A stretch of DNA of 63,734 nucleotides, counting the filler, from Folioceros fuciformis (Eukaryota): the NCBI GenBank assembly GCA_049999805.1. It is 5 parts of 5 records of this genome, joined end to end, with 100 filler letters (N's around TTAATTAATTAA, not from the genome) between each part and the next. Parts side by side here need not be neighbours in the genome. Positions count along the whole stretch, not along the records: positions 1 to 21,515 come from JBNGIO010006217.1; 4 more parts are not named here. One strand, written 5' to 3'. The notes beneath the pieces were generated by a model. It was not told the origin of the DNA, searched no databases, and saw nothing but the letters and a program-made list of their open reading frames with translations. Both the position numbers and the translations under genes were made by a program. Below are positions 1-12,846 of the stretch, in pieces; the first letter of the stretch is position 1; the number at the start of each line of letters is the position of its first letter.

Positions 1-49
1 AGTCTCTACAGTTGCCCTTGAAGCTTTCTTGTTGCAGTGGAGTCCATCA

Positions 50-1100
50 CTAATAATTGCTAGAAGCGGATCTTTGAAGTTCAAGAGTAGCTTGATTGAA
101 CCATTCATCCTCAAAGCCATCATTATGCTCCATGCACATGTTATGCAATACTCGGCACGCACTAACAACGGAAGACATATGTTTCAACTTCATGTCATTT
201 CTTTTTAGCAAAATAGGAAACCTACTATTCAACGTGCCGTATGTCCATTCCACCACCATTCAAGTACTAGATTGAATAAAACTCCAATAGGCTTCCTCCC
301 TTGAGGCCAATAACCTACATCTCCCACTCAGGCAAACTTATCTAGCATACTTGTTGTACATCTCTTACCAATTTCCGACCGCTCCTACAAGTTCCAATCA
401 TTCATGCTACCCGCGCCCAACCGTAATCATACTCCCAAACCATTCTTTTTGCATTCACTACTAATTGTAGCAAGGATAATAGTCAACATGGTACTCTCTT
501 GGTGCTATGGTGAGAATATGAGTACCATCCACTGCTCCTATAACATACATACATAAGGAATTCCCCTCAAGGTTTCAAACTTAGCTGCATACATCTTCAT
601 CCTACTTTCACTACTAATTGTAGCAAGCACAATAGTGAACATGGTACTCTCTTGGTGCTATGATGAGAATATGAGTACCATCCACTGCTCCTATAACATA
701 CATAAGGAATTCCCCTCAAGGTTTCAAACTCAGCTGCATACATCTTCTAGATGACCATTAGATGTACACATCATGCAAGACAACCCTAGGAGCATTGCAA
801 AAATAGCCATAGAGGTCAGCAATAGTGGACAACCTATTCCCACCGGCCAAGCGCATTAACCCAATGGATACATGAGCATCCACTCGAACTGCATGTGTAG
901 TAATTTTATCATATGTAGTAATTTTATCTTGTTTTTGAAGCATCGGTGCTTACTTCATACAAATGAAGTCAAAGGTAGGTCTACTTACACGCATCTTGTT
1001 CTTGAACAACTCTCCAGTGTATATCCCCATAAGGCTGTTGTGGAAAAACGTTTGAGAACATTGAATGATCTAACGACACTAGCTAGCTACGCCTATTTGC
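50..1100 (-). mobile_element. PIF/Harbinger-type DDE transposase remnant (HARBI1-like), fragmented
   Basis: Minus-strand pieces SIGLMRLAGGNRLSTIADLYG (HTH region), VIGAVDGTHIL (first catalytic D, about 515-545 and 667-697) and VVEWTYGTLNSRFPIL...ACRVLHNMC (E motif and C-terminal LHN). Interrupted by stops and frameshifts. Confidence 0.8.
454..747. repeat. Tandem duplication of about 150 bp inside the Harbinger remnant
   Basis: ttcactactaattgtagcaag...gctgcatacatcttc occurs at about 454-598 and 607-747 with few differences. Confidence 0.9.
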
Positions 1101-1485
1101 ATGTAATCCATGCTACCTTGTAAATTCAAAAGCAAAGAATGTGAAATAGCTTCTAATGCCATATATAATAACATGATGCCCATCAGAAAAACACACCACA
1201 AGTTTTATTTTGTTCAGAGAAATCCATGATAAACCGTAAGTAAAGGCCTCTACTTGAAATCCAAGCTCCAAGCTGCACACCTCTGAGAAAGAAAGTAACG
1301 AAACGCCTTTTGCCTTAAGCTAGAGGTTTGTATACAATGATGAGTCCATGTGAAAGAGCGTGGGACCCGAGAAAACGCCCCACCGTGGCCATGCCAGGGG
1401 CGATATACATTGCCCACCTTGGCGCTGAAATGTGCCACATGTCACTCACATGCGCGAAAAAGGTACGGGCTTGTGAAACCGGCCC

Positions 1486-1885
1486 GAGGTGAAGAGCTGG
1501 GTGCTTATCTTGCCGGGGCTACCCGAGGCGGCGGAGCGCGCCGCAGTAACCCCCGTGGCGCCTACGTACGGCAAGTTCACTTTTGGCAGTTCGACTGAGG
1601 GGATGTGCTTTCGCTCCGCCCGCCGCAGCTCATGATGTCGCTCACCGGCGATGGCCGGCTCGACCCCAAGCTCGCTCAAAGTAGGTTTCTCTCGCCACTT
1701 TAGATCTCCTTCTCCGGCAACAATGTCTCGTCTCATCACCTGGTTGCATGTGTACGTGATTTTTGCAGACCTGGAGGACCGTTACCATTTCTCGCTCAAG
1801 CAGAAGCGGGAACAGCGCAGGGACATTCAAGGCCCCCAAGGCGGCGTTGATCCGCTCTTCAACTGGTGGGAGAATGGCAAGGGCC
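1486..1885 (+). pseudogene. Oil body-associated protein (OBAP, DUF1264) 3' fragment, pseudogene
   Basis: EVKSWVLILPGLPEAAERAAVTPVAPTYGK, then a frameshift, HFWQFD*GDVLSLRPPQLMMSLTGDGRLDPKLAQ, an intron at 1681-1768 (GT..AG), and NLEDRYHFSLKQKREQRRDIQGPQGGVDPL..GKG. This matches the OBAP C-terminal half (TYGKxxHFWQxDxGxxLPxGxPQLMM). No 5' half is visible. Confidence 0.75.
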
Positions 1886-2635
1886 AGCTGGGCCCCGGAG
1901 CTGAAGCAAGTGGACGCTTCGCCGCAACAACAACAACAAGGCTACTAGAGTACAAACAATATTCTGCATTTGACGTCAACTGTAAATATGTTACACCTTG
2001 AGATACTGTGCATCTATATTTGCGCCACCTAGCCGGGCCTACCCCTTCGAAATCCACGCCGCAAGGATCTGCATGGATCAGGAGATCCCAAACCGGTGAC
2101 GATTTTGTCCCGAGTCTGTTTGGTCAAGCCAAGCATCTGATCCTGCCCGCGTCGCGCAAGCGCGGGGTCGCTGTCTAAAAATATGGCGGATTGGGATGAT
2201 TTCGACATTGTCATGCGCCTCATCCGCCAAAGAACCAACGCAACAAACGACCAGCCCGCTGGATCCCTGTCGTTCACCCTCCGGATCCGTCGATAGCGTA
2301 CAATCTAAGTCCTCTGTGGATGAGAAGCGCTCGAGCTTGACAATTGGGTTCTGAACTGAGCGGGATGTATTTAGTGTGAGGTGGTTTGGCTGAACACGGC
2401 ATCACGGACCGGGTCCGAAGGACTTGGTTCTTGTCAGCGTCGCTTTTGCTCTGTTTTGATTTGGTTTTTTTTTTTTTTTTTTTTTTTTTTCTTGTGTGCG
2501 GTTGCTGTTTGTTGAGCTCGCTGAGTTCCTCAGTCCGAGTCTCCCGCTTCTCCATGATCGAGCCACAGCTTAGTGCGTGAGACGCGTACTCTCTGGTGTT
2601 CAGCTGCGTTCCACGTTTGACGGCTTTCTCCCGCC

Positions 2636-4387
2636 ATGGAGATCCAACTAGGCCCTTCTACAGCCGAAGCCTCTTCCTCCACCTTCGCGAATGCATCTGA
2701 TCGCGTGAGCGAAGCAAGCGCTGCGATAACCATGAGCAGAGACGATGTGGATTTGGAGTCGGGGCCAGGAGAGCAGCCTCAATGCAGAATTTGTCTCGAA
2801 TCCGATGGTAAGGTTTCAATGAGGCTGTCTTGGATGAATTAGGGCAGCAGAGGAGGATTAGGGACTCGGCATGCTTTGCTGGTAGGTAGGATCTGTTTTG
2901 ATGCTAGTCTGCACCTGCATGAAGTGCATGTTAGGTCAGAAGCGTTGGGGTTCCCGACTTGCGATGACTGAGATGAGGAATTTCCAGGGAGGGATTTCAT
3001 TGCTCCTTGCAAGTGCAAGGGCTCTGCAAAGTATGTTCATCGAGTCTGCCTGGACCATTGGCGAGCTGTGAAGGTAGGTGCTTCATCTTGTCGATGCTTC
3101 TTGCAGTTGTGCTCAAGGAATAACCGTCTGGTGTTGCAGTGTAGTGTGGCTCATGTAGTCACCTATTGGCTGGAGACGTAGGCTTCTGGATGTCTTGCTT
3201 CGACATGGAAGTGTGAGCGATTTGCATGCTCTCTCGACTGTGCAGGAAGGTTTTGCATTCGCTCATTGTACAACCTGTAAGGCGCCCTATTATCTTAGAG
3301 TTCAAGTTCCAGCAGACAGGAAATGGAGAACTCTGAAGTTCCGGTTTTTTGTAACGCGGGATATCATTCTCATTTTTGCCTTGGTACAGATGGTGCGTCA
3401 TCCAATTTTCCAAACAATGCTTGTCAAGCATTGTCGAAGTGTATTACTAACCTTTCAGTTCTAAGAAGTTTGGTGCCCCACCAGGTGACCATCTCGCTGG
3501 GGTATCTGGTGTACCTCGTCGACCATCACTGGAATGATCGGTTAAGACTAGCATGGCACTACGATAATAGCGCATTCAAGTTTTACTACATCTGTGGTAT
3601 GCTTACCTCTGGGGATGAGATTCCGCTGTAGTATAGATGGTATCTTTGATGGTAACGACGTTTTGATGATGCGGATCATGCAGGAGCTCTCCTCTTTTTT
3701 GCCATCTTTGGTCTCTCAGGCTGTTTCTTTACATTTTATGATCGTCGAGTGCGGAACGATCTTGCGCAACCCTGCAGGGATTTGTGTCTTTGCTGTTGTC
3801 ATCCTGGGTATGCTCAGTTTGTACTTAGGCTCCTTCTTTGGCAGATCAACTTTGGTTTTTTGTCAAGGATGTCTCGTTGGCGGCATGACCCTGTTCCCTC
3901 TTTGGCAGGGTGTGCACAGACTGCCATTTACCAGGAACCTTATGCATGTGGACAGACTGTGCCGCCTGCTTTGAAGGCTGTGCAGCAGCGGCTGGTGAGT
4001 GCGGAACTTGCCTGGGGGGAGCTGGGGAGGCAGGGGCTCCAGTTTTTCTCATAGCAGCAGTTATAGCACTCGCATTATTCACCATCGTCGGCATTTTTTA
4101 TAGCGTGCTTGTTGCCACTATGGTTGGTCAGAGGATATGGCAACGCCATTATCACATTCTTGCCAAGAGAATGCTCACCAAGGTTCGTCACTCGTAGCTT
4201 CTCCGTCAGCTGTGGAATTCCTTGTTCTTCCATATTCCAATGCTTGAGCTTTGTATGTGCTTGGTGACTGGGATTGCAGGAGTATGTTGTGGAAGATCTG
4301 GACGGAGAAATCCTGGGTCCCGATTGGGTTCCTCCTCCACTTGCTGCCGAGTATGTCCAACAACTGAGGTCTTTGGGGCTTATGTGA
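2636..4387 (+). CDS. RING-CH (RINGv, MARCH-like) membrane E3 ubiquitin ligase, 7 exons
   Basis: Exons 2636-2807, 2988-3073, 3246-3392, 3485-3596, 3684-3807, 3909-4182, 4280-4387, all GT-AG. C4HC3 motif CRICLE..PCKCKGSAKYVHRVCLDHW..CTTC, transmembrane segments, a Cys-rich loop, and the plant-family C-terminus QRIWQRHYHILAKRMLTKEYVVEDLD. Confidence 0.9.
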
Positions 4388-4637
4388 TGAAGGCACGTGT
4401 GTCTCCTGAGAATTCTAGCGTACAACGTTTCAATTCGAAAGTGATGTTGGACTCCAACTACACCCTCGCCTTGGGCTTTAAGCTGAGGGAAACTTGAAGT
4501 CATTTCAGTTTTCACTTGATCACACACATACGGACATCGAATGCAAAATATTTTCACGAGACGTCCTCATTGCTCAGTACATCTCGTGCGCTTCACCGAG
4601 GCTGGAAGTTCTTCAACACGAGCACACCCACGCGCAC

Positions 4638-5762
4638 CTAGTAATCCTCCCCCCTTCCATAGTCCATGACAACCTCTACCTGCAAAACATACGATCCAAG
4701 GGTCAGTTCCATCAATATAGCCTCAGACGCTGTCAAAACTAGTTGCAAACTGAAGGACGCAACTCTTTCTTCACCTCTGGAGGAACAGGTGGATTCCGGA
4801 CATACTTGGAACCACCGGGTCCCCAAGGAACTGCATCACATCAGAAGAGCGTTAGTCTTCCCTTCCCTCAAACAACAGGCAATGAGCTGATATAAGAATC
4901 ACAAATAGGCAGTGGCTGTCCATCACTTAAGTAGGGGTCGGGATGTCCATATCTCTGCAGACGTGCTTCGCCTTTCAGCAACACATGCTCTATCCTCGAA
5001 ACGTCATCCTGCTTGACAAACAACCCTGGATTACACTTTGATGAACAAGAGAGCTGAAAAACCTAAAACCTTCCAGACGCAAAGCAAAAAGAACTAGGGT
5101 GCCCTCCTCCCTTGATGGAGAGAGAAGCATGAGTTCATACCAGATCCTTGTTCGCTTCAAACTCGTTCCTCAACTTAGCAGCCTGCAGAGAAGGAGGAGA
5201 ATTCACAGCTAAGAACTAACTGCGACACAGACTCAAACCTATCCGCTAAGAGGCGCTGGCAATGCCTAGACGACCGGCTTATGACCCGGTGAGCTCCGGC
5301 CATGGGGCCATCGGCCCTGTTCGAGCAACATCCCAGTTCCACGGAAGACTACCGTGCAAATCCAAGGATCAGTTGCAGAATCTAGCGTCAGCGCCAATGA
5401 CTCCAACCTAAACGATGCGAGGATCTCATGGCAGCACGGAGCACACGCTCAGCAGCACAGGCTGGTGATCGCAGTTGACATATAATCGAGCTGCGTATCC
5501 GGATTCCTCTTGACTGACACCATCTTGCAATCCACTTATTCATCCCCTCCAGAGAAAAGGCAGGCACACAGCTCAAAGTCTGTGACAGATTCAGCCCGCA
5601 GACCGGAGAACCTTCAAAGACAAAGTGCCGCATTACCTGAGGATAGAAGATGTCCCTGCTCACGGCCCAGTCAAGGACATTCTTCAGACCGCGCCGGTAC
5701 AGCAACCGCGCCCGCTGCTTTTGCAACGCGCGCACTGCCTGGATCGCCTTGTGACTACTCAT
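4638..5762 (-). CDS. NDUFB9: NADH dehydrogenase (complex I) subunit B22 / NDUFB9, LYR family, 5 exons, 115 aa
   Basis: Exons 5762-5637, 5182-5141, 5008-4927, 4830-4775, 4679-4638 splice in frame: QKQRARLLYRRGLKNVLDWAVSRDIFYPQAAKLRNEFEANK...HPDPYLIPWGPGGSKYVRNPP...VMDYGRGEDY. Confidence 0.93.
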
Positions 5763-6094
5763 TTTGCAAAGCAGAAGAATGGAACCAAAGCCGGTGCTGC
5801 TCCGGGTGTGTAAACACTGCCAACGGTGGCCTCGGGTTTCACTAATCAGTGACCGCGGTTAAGATAACTGAGACTTAACTTAAGCAGCGGATCTCCCTCT
5901 CAGTCGGCCTTGTGCCCTGCGACTGGAGAGCCCAAACTGCGACTCCACCAATTGCTGACTCGTGGGACGCATTGGCTGTGGCGGGGACGGGCAGCACGCA
6001 GCACGCTGGAGGCAGGTTTGGTTCCCTTAGATCTGTGGCAGGTCTTGTAATGCTGTGAATTGCCAAGCGCAAGGAGGCGTGACCACGATTCGTC
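5763..6094. promoter_or_regulatory. Putative bidirectional promoter between NDUFB9 and gamma-CA
   Basis: Only 332 bp separate the two divergent start codons. Contains AGCCCA at 5929-5934, the reverse complement of the site II motif TGGGCY. Confidence 0.5.
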
Positions 6095-7512
6095 ATGGCC
6101 AAGGCCGTGTACATGATGGGGATGTGGATCCGGGAGACGGGCCAGGCGCTGGATCGCCTTGGCTGCCGGCTGCAGGGAAACTACGCCTTCAAAGAGCAAT
6201 GTAGGTTTGTGCGGGCCGTGGTTTGCCCCCGTTTGCTGAGGTCGGGCTGTGAGATGTTGAGCTGAGGAGTGAAGGACTGGCCCTTTTGCTAATTCCGGCA
6301 AGGTCGTGTTGTGAAGATGGTGAATTGAACATCCTGGTCTGGTGTGTGGTCGGAGTCAGCTGAGAGGCATACGAGTTCGCATCCGGTGGTTGCAGTGTTG
6401 CTGCTTGATTTTGACCTAGGCTGTGAATTCAGTTGGATATCTTAGTGGCTTCAGCTCGTAGATGTGAGAGGAGGCTGTTTCGCAACTTGTCCACACTGTA
6501 GCCCTAACTGCAGCCAGACGATTCTCTTTTCTCTTCCTCGTTGCGGTGGATGATGGACGTTTGTGGTGCAGTGAATAGGCAGAGGACGCTAATGAACATT
6601 TGGGACAAGAAGCCTTCCCTTGCGAATGATGCCTTCGTTGCCCCCAGTGCCACTGTGATTGGAGACGTTACAATTGGCAAGAGGTCATCCATCTGGTATG
6701 GCTGTGTCGTTAGAGGTACGGGTCTGCGCCCTGTTGTTGGTCATATTGTCCCCTGTCCTTGTATCGTGCAAGTTTTACGTTTTGTGGCCATCCTTGAGCT
6801 GCGTGTGGCACGGGCGATTGTTGCAGGAGATGTGAACCATATCACAATCGGGTCAGAGACAAACATCCAGGACAACACACTAGTTCACGTGGCTAAGACA
6901 AACGTGAGCGGGAATGTTGCTCCAACTATCATCGGCAGCAAAGTCACTGTCGGTAAGATAGGAAGTGTGAATCGTTGCGCAGTTTGTCGATGTGTGGTTG
7001 TGGTGAAAGTGCCATCTTTGTAACATGATATGGGTCAACGTTACCCTTCCACAGGTCATAATGCGGTCCTCCATGCTTGCACTGTGGAGGACGAATCATT
7101 TGTGGGAATGGGAGCAACCCTTCTTGATGGTGTTGTCGTAGAGAAAGGTGCTATGGTTGCTGCAGGTTCTCTTGTCACTCAAAACACCCGGATTCCCTCT
7201 GGACAGGTATTATCTGACTTCTTTCGTCAAGACATGTGTGTGTTTCCTTCGTTGCCATCCTAATGTAGTCTGATCCGCACGGAAAACCCCATCAGATCTG
7301 GGCAGGAAACCCGGCCAAGTTTCTGAGAAAGCTCACTGGCGAGGAACTTGCGTTCATCGAGAAGTCGGCCGACAATTATTCCAAATTGGCAGAAGATCAT
7401 GCCCGAGAGAACGCAAAGACAGTGGAGGAGATCGAGAACGAGAAGAAGCTGAGAAAGCAGTGGGCACGGCACAGCGATGACTATGACTCTCAGCTCGGCT
7501 TAGTCCGTGAAA
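6095..7512 (+). CDS. GAMMACA: Mitochondrial gamma carbonic anhydrase (complex I CA-domain subunit); 3' end runs into an N gap
   Basis: Exons 6095-6200, 6572-6715, 6827-6952, 7055-7206, 7296->7512. WIRETGQALDRLGCRLQG N-terminus, hexapeptide repeats, RGDVN, QDN, three Zn-ligand His (LVH, GHNAVLH), IWAGNPAKFLR, and DYDSQLGLVRE. Confidence 0.93.
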
Positions 7513-8128
7513 NNNNNNNNNNNNNNNNNNNNNNNNNNNNNNNNNNNNNNNNNNNNNNNNNNNNNNNNNNNNNNNNNNNNNNNNNNNNNNNNNNNNNNNN
7601 NNNNNNNNNNNNTTTGGTCCCCAGTAATGCTGCTGAACTTCAATCCAGCTCTCTGTTTCTTGCAATAAGATTTCAGGCTATCCCAACCCATGTCCTCTGC
7701 CTGAATGTTCCCTGCCTAGGTAGCAAAGATACAAGAAAGCTTCAATTGGATGTACGTAGGCAGAGGACCCCAAATTTTGTTCTACGTAGCTGGTGTCTGC
7801 TGCAGCTGTAAAACATTCTTCTCTTGAGCTCCAGCTCGAGGAATCTGAGTGGTTGTCCGAACAACTACTGCTCTCTGCAAAGAAGCCTAATAACTTGTGT
7901 GAGCCAGTCAGGTGCCTCTGTGCAGAAACTGTGTGCACAACAGCATCAGCAGCATACGGTTGCGTCGAGCTTGAGTCCAGTTACTGGAGTGACCCAAGGA
8001 ATGGGAAAATTGTTCGCAGGATGAATTGTGTCTCTTTATTTCTAACTTTTCCCGTGCAGCAGAATCTGCCTCCCGAATGGCTTGAACAACGAACTTACGG
8101 CGCTTGCGTTAAGCGAGGTGGGATTCTC

Positions 8129-10340
8129 ATGCTGGCAACTCCAGCTTGCGTGACGGATGAGGCCGGGAGCCAGCTGTGTCTTGATGGCCGCGTCGCCGAG
8201 GCTGTGGGGGCCTATGTGTTTTGGTGCTGCTGGATCGTGGCATTTCCACGTCGGTGTGTTGTTTGGGGGTGAAGAAATGCGGAGCGAAGAGAGCCAGGGG
8301 CAGGAATTTTGGATCTCGTTCTGGGTCGGCGGTTCATGCCTTGATGGCGAGGAACGGGTAGAAGTCGGTTGCGCTCCTGTGCAATCACGTCCTGCGGATT
8401 TGTGTTTCTCATGGGAGGTTGGCGAACGCCATAGATTTGTTTGAGGTGGTGGCGACGCCGGATGCCTTCACGTGGTCTGCCATAATCCCTGCTCATGTTA
8501 AGCACGGGGAAGACAGGCAAGCCGTGCGGCTGTATCGTCGGATGCGGAGGTCGGCAGTGAAGCCAGACGATCACGTGTATGCGGCGGCGTTGTGGGCTTG
8601 TGCCTCCAAGCCCGCAGGTGGATGCGGATGTGGCGGCGGGGGCAGTGGAATTGGAGCAGTAGCTGGTGATGTGGAGTGGGTTCGTAGACACGGATGTGAC
8701 GTGCGGGAGGCGGAAGGACGCTCGGGCTGTCTTCGAGGGGCTTGGTTCGGAGCGGAGGGATGTGGTTGTGTAGCAAACAGCTTGGTGAATATGTTTTCAA
8801 AATGTTGGAGCTTTGAAGATGCACAAAGAGTTTACGACGGACTTGGGCAAAAGGATGTAGTGGCGTGGAATGCCCTGACAGCAGGGTATGGGGAAGAAAG
8901 CCATGCGTTTTCACAGGGTGATGAAGGATGAGGGCCCCTCCGTACCCGTTTCGGTGACCTTTGTGTGCGTGCTTCAGGCATGTGCAAGTGTAGTCACCTT
9001 GTCTTTCAAGAGGGGAAGCAGCTGCATGCACAAATTAGAGAGCAAGGACGTCAATCGGATAAGTTTGTAGCCAGCAGTTTGGTGAACATGTATGCAAAGT
9101 GTGTCAGCTTGGAAGATGAGGAGAGAGTGTTTGATGGGGGCTTCGTCACAAGGATGTGGGGCTGTGGACTGTAATGATAGCAGGGTATTCCCACAATGGC
9201 ATGGAGCACGAAGCCCTTCGCCTACACAGTGCTATGCAAGATGAAGGCAGGCCGTACCTGACTCCCTGATATTCGTTTGTCTCATGTGCAAGTGTGGGTG
9301 CCCTGGCGTTGGAGAAGGGGAAGCAGCTCTATCAGCAGATTAGAGAAAAGGGCCTACAAGCTGATGTATTTGTAGCCAATAGTTTAGTAAACATGTACAT
9401 AAAGTGCGATAGCTTGGAAATGCTCAGAGACTGTTTGATGGACTTCGTCAGAAAGATGTGGTGACAACGACTGCTCTAATAGCATGCTATTCCCAGCAGG
9501 GTATGGGGTGGGAAGCCCTTCATGTACTTGGTGCGATGCTAGAAGAGGGCATTCTTGCACCCGATTCTATGGCATTTGTGTGCCTGCTCCAGGCATGTGC
9601 GAATGTGGAAGCTTTGTACTTGGGAAGGCAACTACACGCACAGATTTTAGAACTCGGGTTTCAATCGAATGTGTATGTTGTTGGAAGTTTGATTAACATG
9701 TATGGGAAGTCTGGGAGCATGGTTGAAGCACTGGAGGCGATCGACTCCTTGTCGTGACCTGAAGTGCACTCATTGCAGGCTACACCTGTCAAGGACAAAG
9801 TGGACTGGTCTTTGACTTTCTTCAGAGAATGAAAGAAGACGACATACAACCAGACAACATCACTTTACTTAGCGTACTAACTGTATGCACTCATCGGGTT
9901 AAGTGAAGAAGGAATGGGTGTACTTTCACGATATGAGCAGGCTCCACGGCATCACACCCTCGGAGGACCACGACACATACATGGTAGATCTGCTGGGGCG
10001 TGCAGGACAACTGGATGAGGCACTAGCTTTAGTAAAATCAATGCCCGTGCCCCCTACTTCTTCTGTTTGACACACTGATAGCTGGTTGCCGAAAGTGGAG
10101 CAACGTGTTGGTGGGTTGCCATGCTTTCAACGAAGCATTGCAGCTAGACAACACAGATGCCGCAGCAGATTTGTCGATGTCCAACATATGGACAGGTGCC
10201 CAGGTGTGGAAGCGAGCACAAGAATTGCAGGCGATGAGTAGATGAAAGAGGGCACGCAGTCAGCCAGGTCAGAGCCGGTGGGCAGACGAGGACGGCCTGG
10301 TGCACAGTGTTTTGGTCGGGGACTGGAAGCATCCGACCAG
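8129..10340 (+). pseudogene. PLS-class PPR (E+) pseudogene
   Basis: Degenerate P/L/S motifs spread over several frames with stops (PDAFTWSAIIPAHV, SLVNMFSKCWSFEDAQRVYD, MVDLLGRAGQLDEA). The C-terminal QPGQSRWADEDGLVHSVLVGD is collinear with the intact PPR at 47504-50011. Confidence 0.88.
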
Positions 10341-10547
10341 TCCACCAAGCAGGCGTCTTCGGAAAGTGAAAACCAAGGAATGGCAAAGATGAGAAACAAA
10401 AACGACTTGAATATTTATTTAGCCGCACAACAGAAGGCTTTGTCTATGTGGACTAAAATCCCGACCGGTTGGCCGTGTTCCACGCGGCCCAAGTTAGGTC
10501 TCGCGTCCAGCTCAGAATTTGTGGAAGGCACTTTAAGGTTACGAAAT

Positions 10548-12756
<2,209 letters not shown>

Positions 12757-12846
12757 AGGTGGGACCCTCTTGAAATGTAGGTTTCTATTTGAGTTTGCAC
12801 AAACGCGATGAATTATAAGAAACTCGTTGCGCCGTTGTTGTCACCT

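Noticed and set aside
5739-6161. Shared 13-mer ctggatcgccttg near the starts of NDUFB9 and gamma-CA
   Set aside because: It lies inside both coding sequences, and LDRL is protein-constrained in gamma-CA; likely chance.
10242-10547. 102-aa in-frame N-terminal extension of ECD
   Set aside because: It reads the PPR pseudogene tail out of frame plus AT-rich spacer; ECD-like sequence only begins after 10548.
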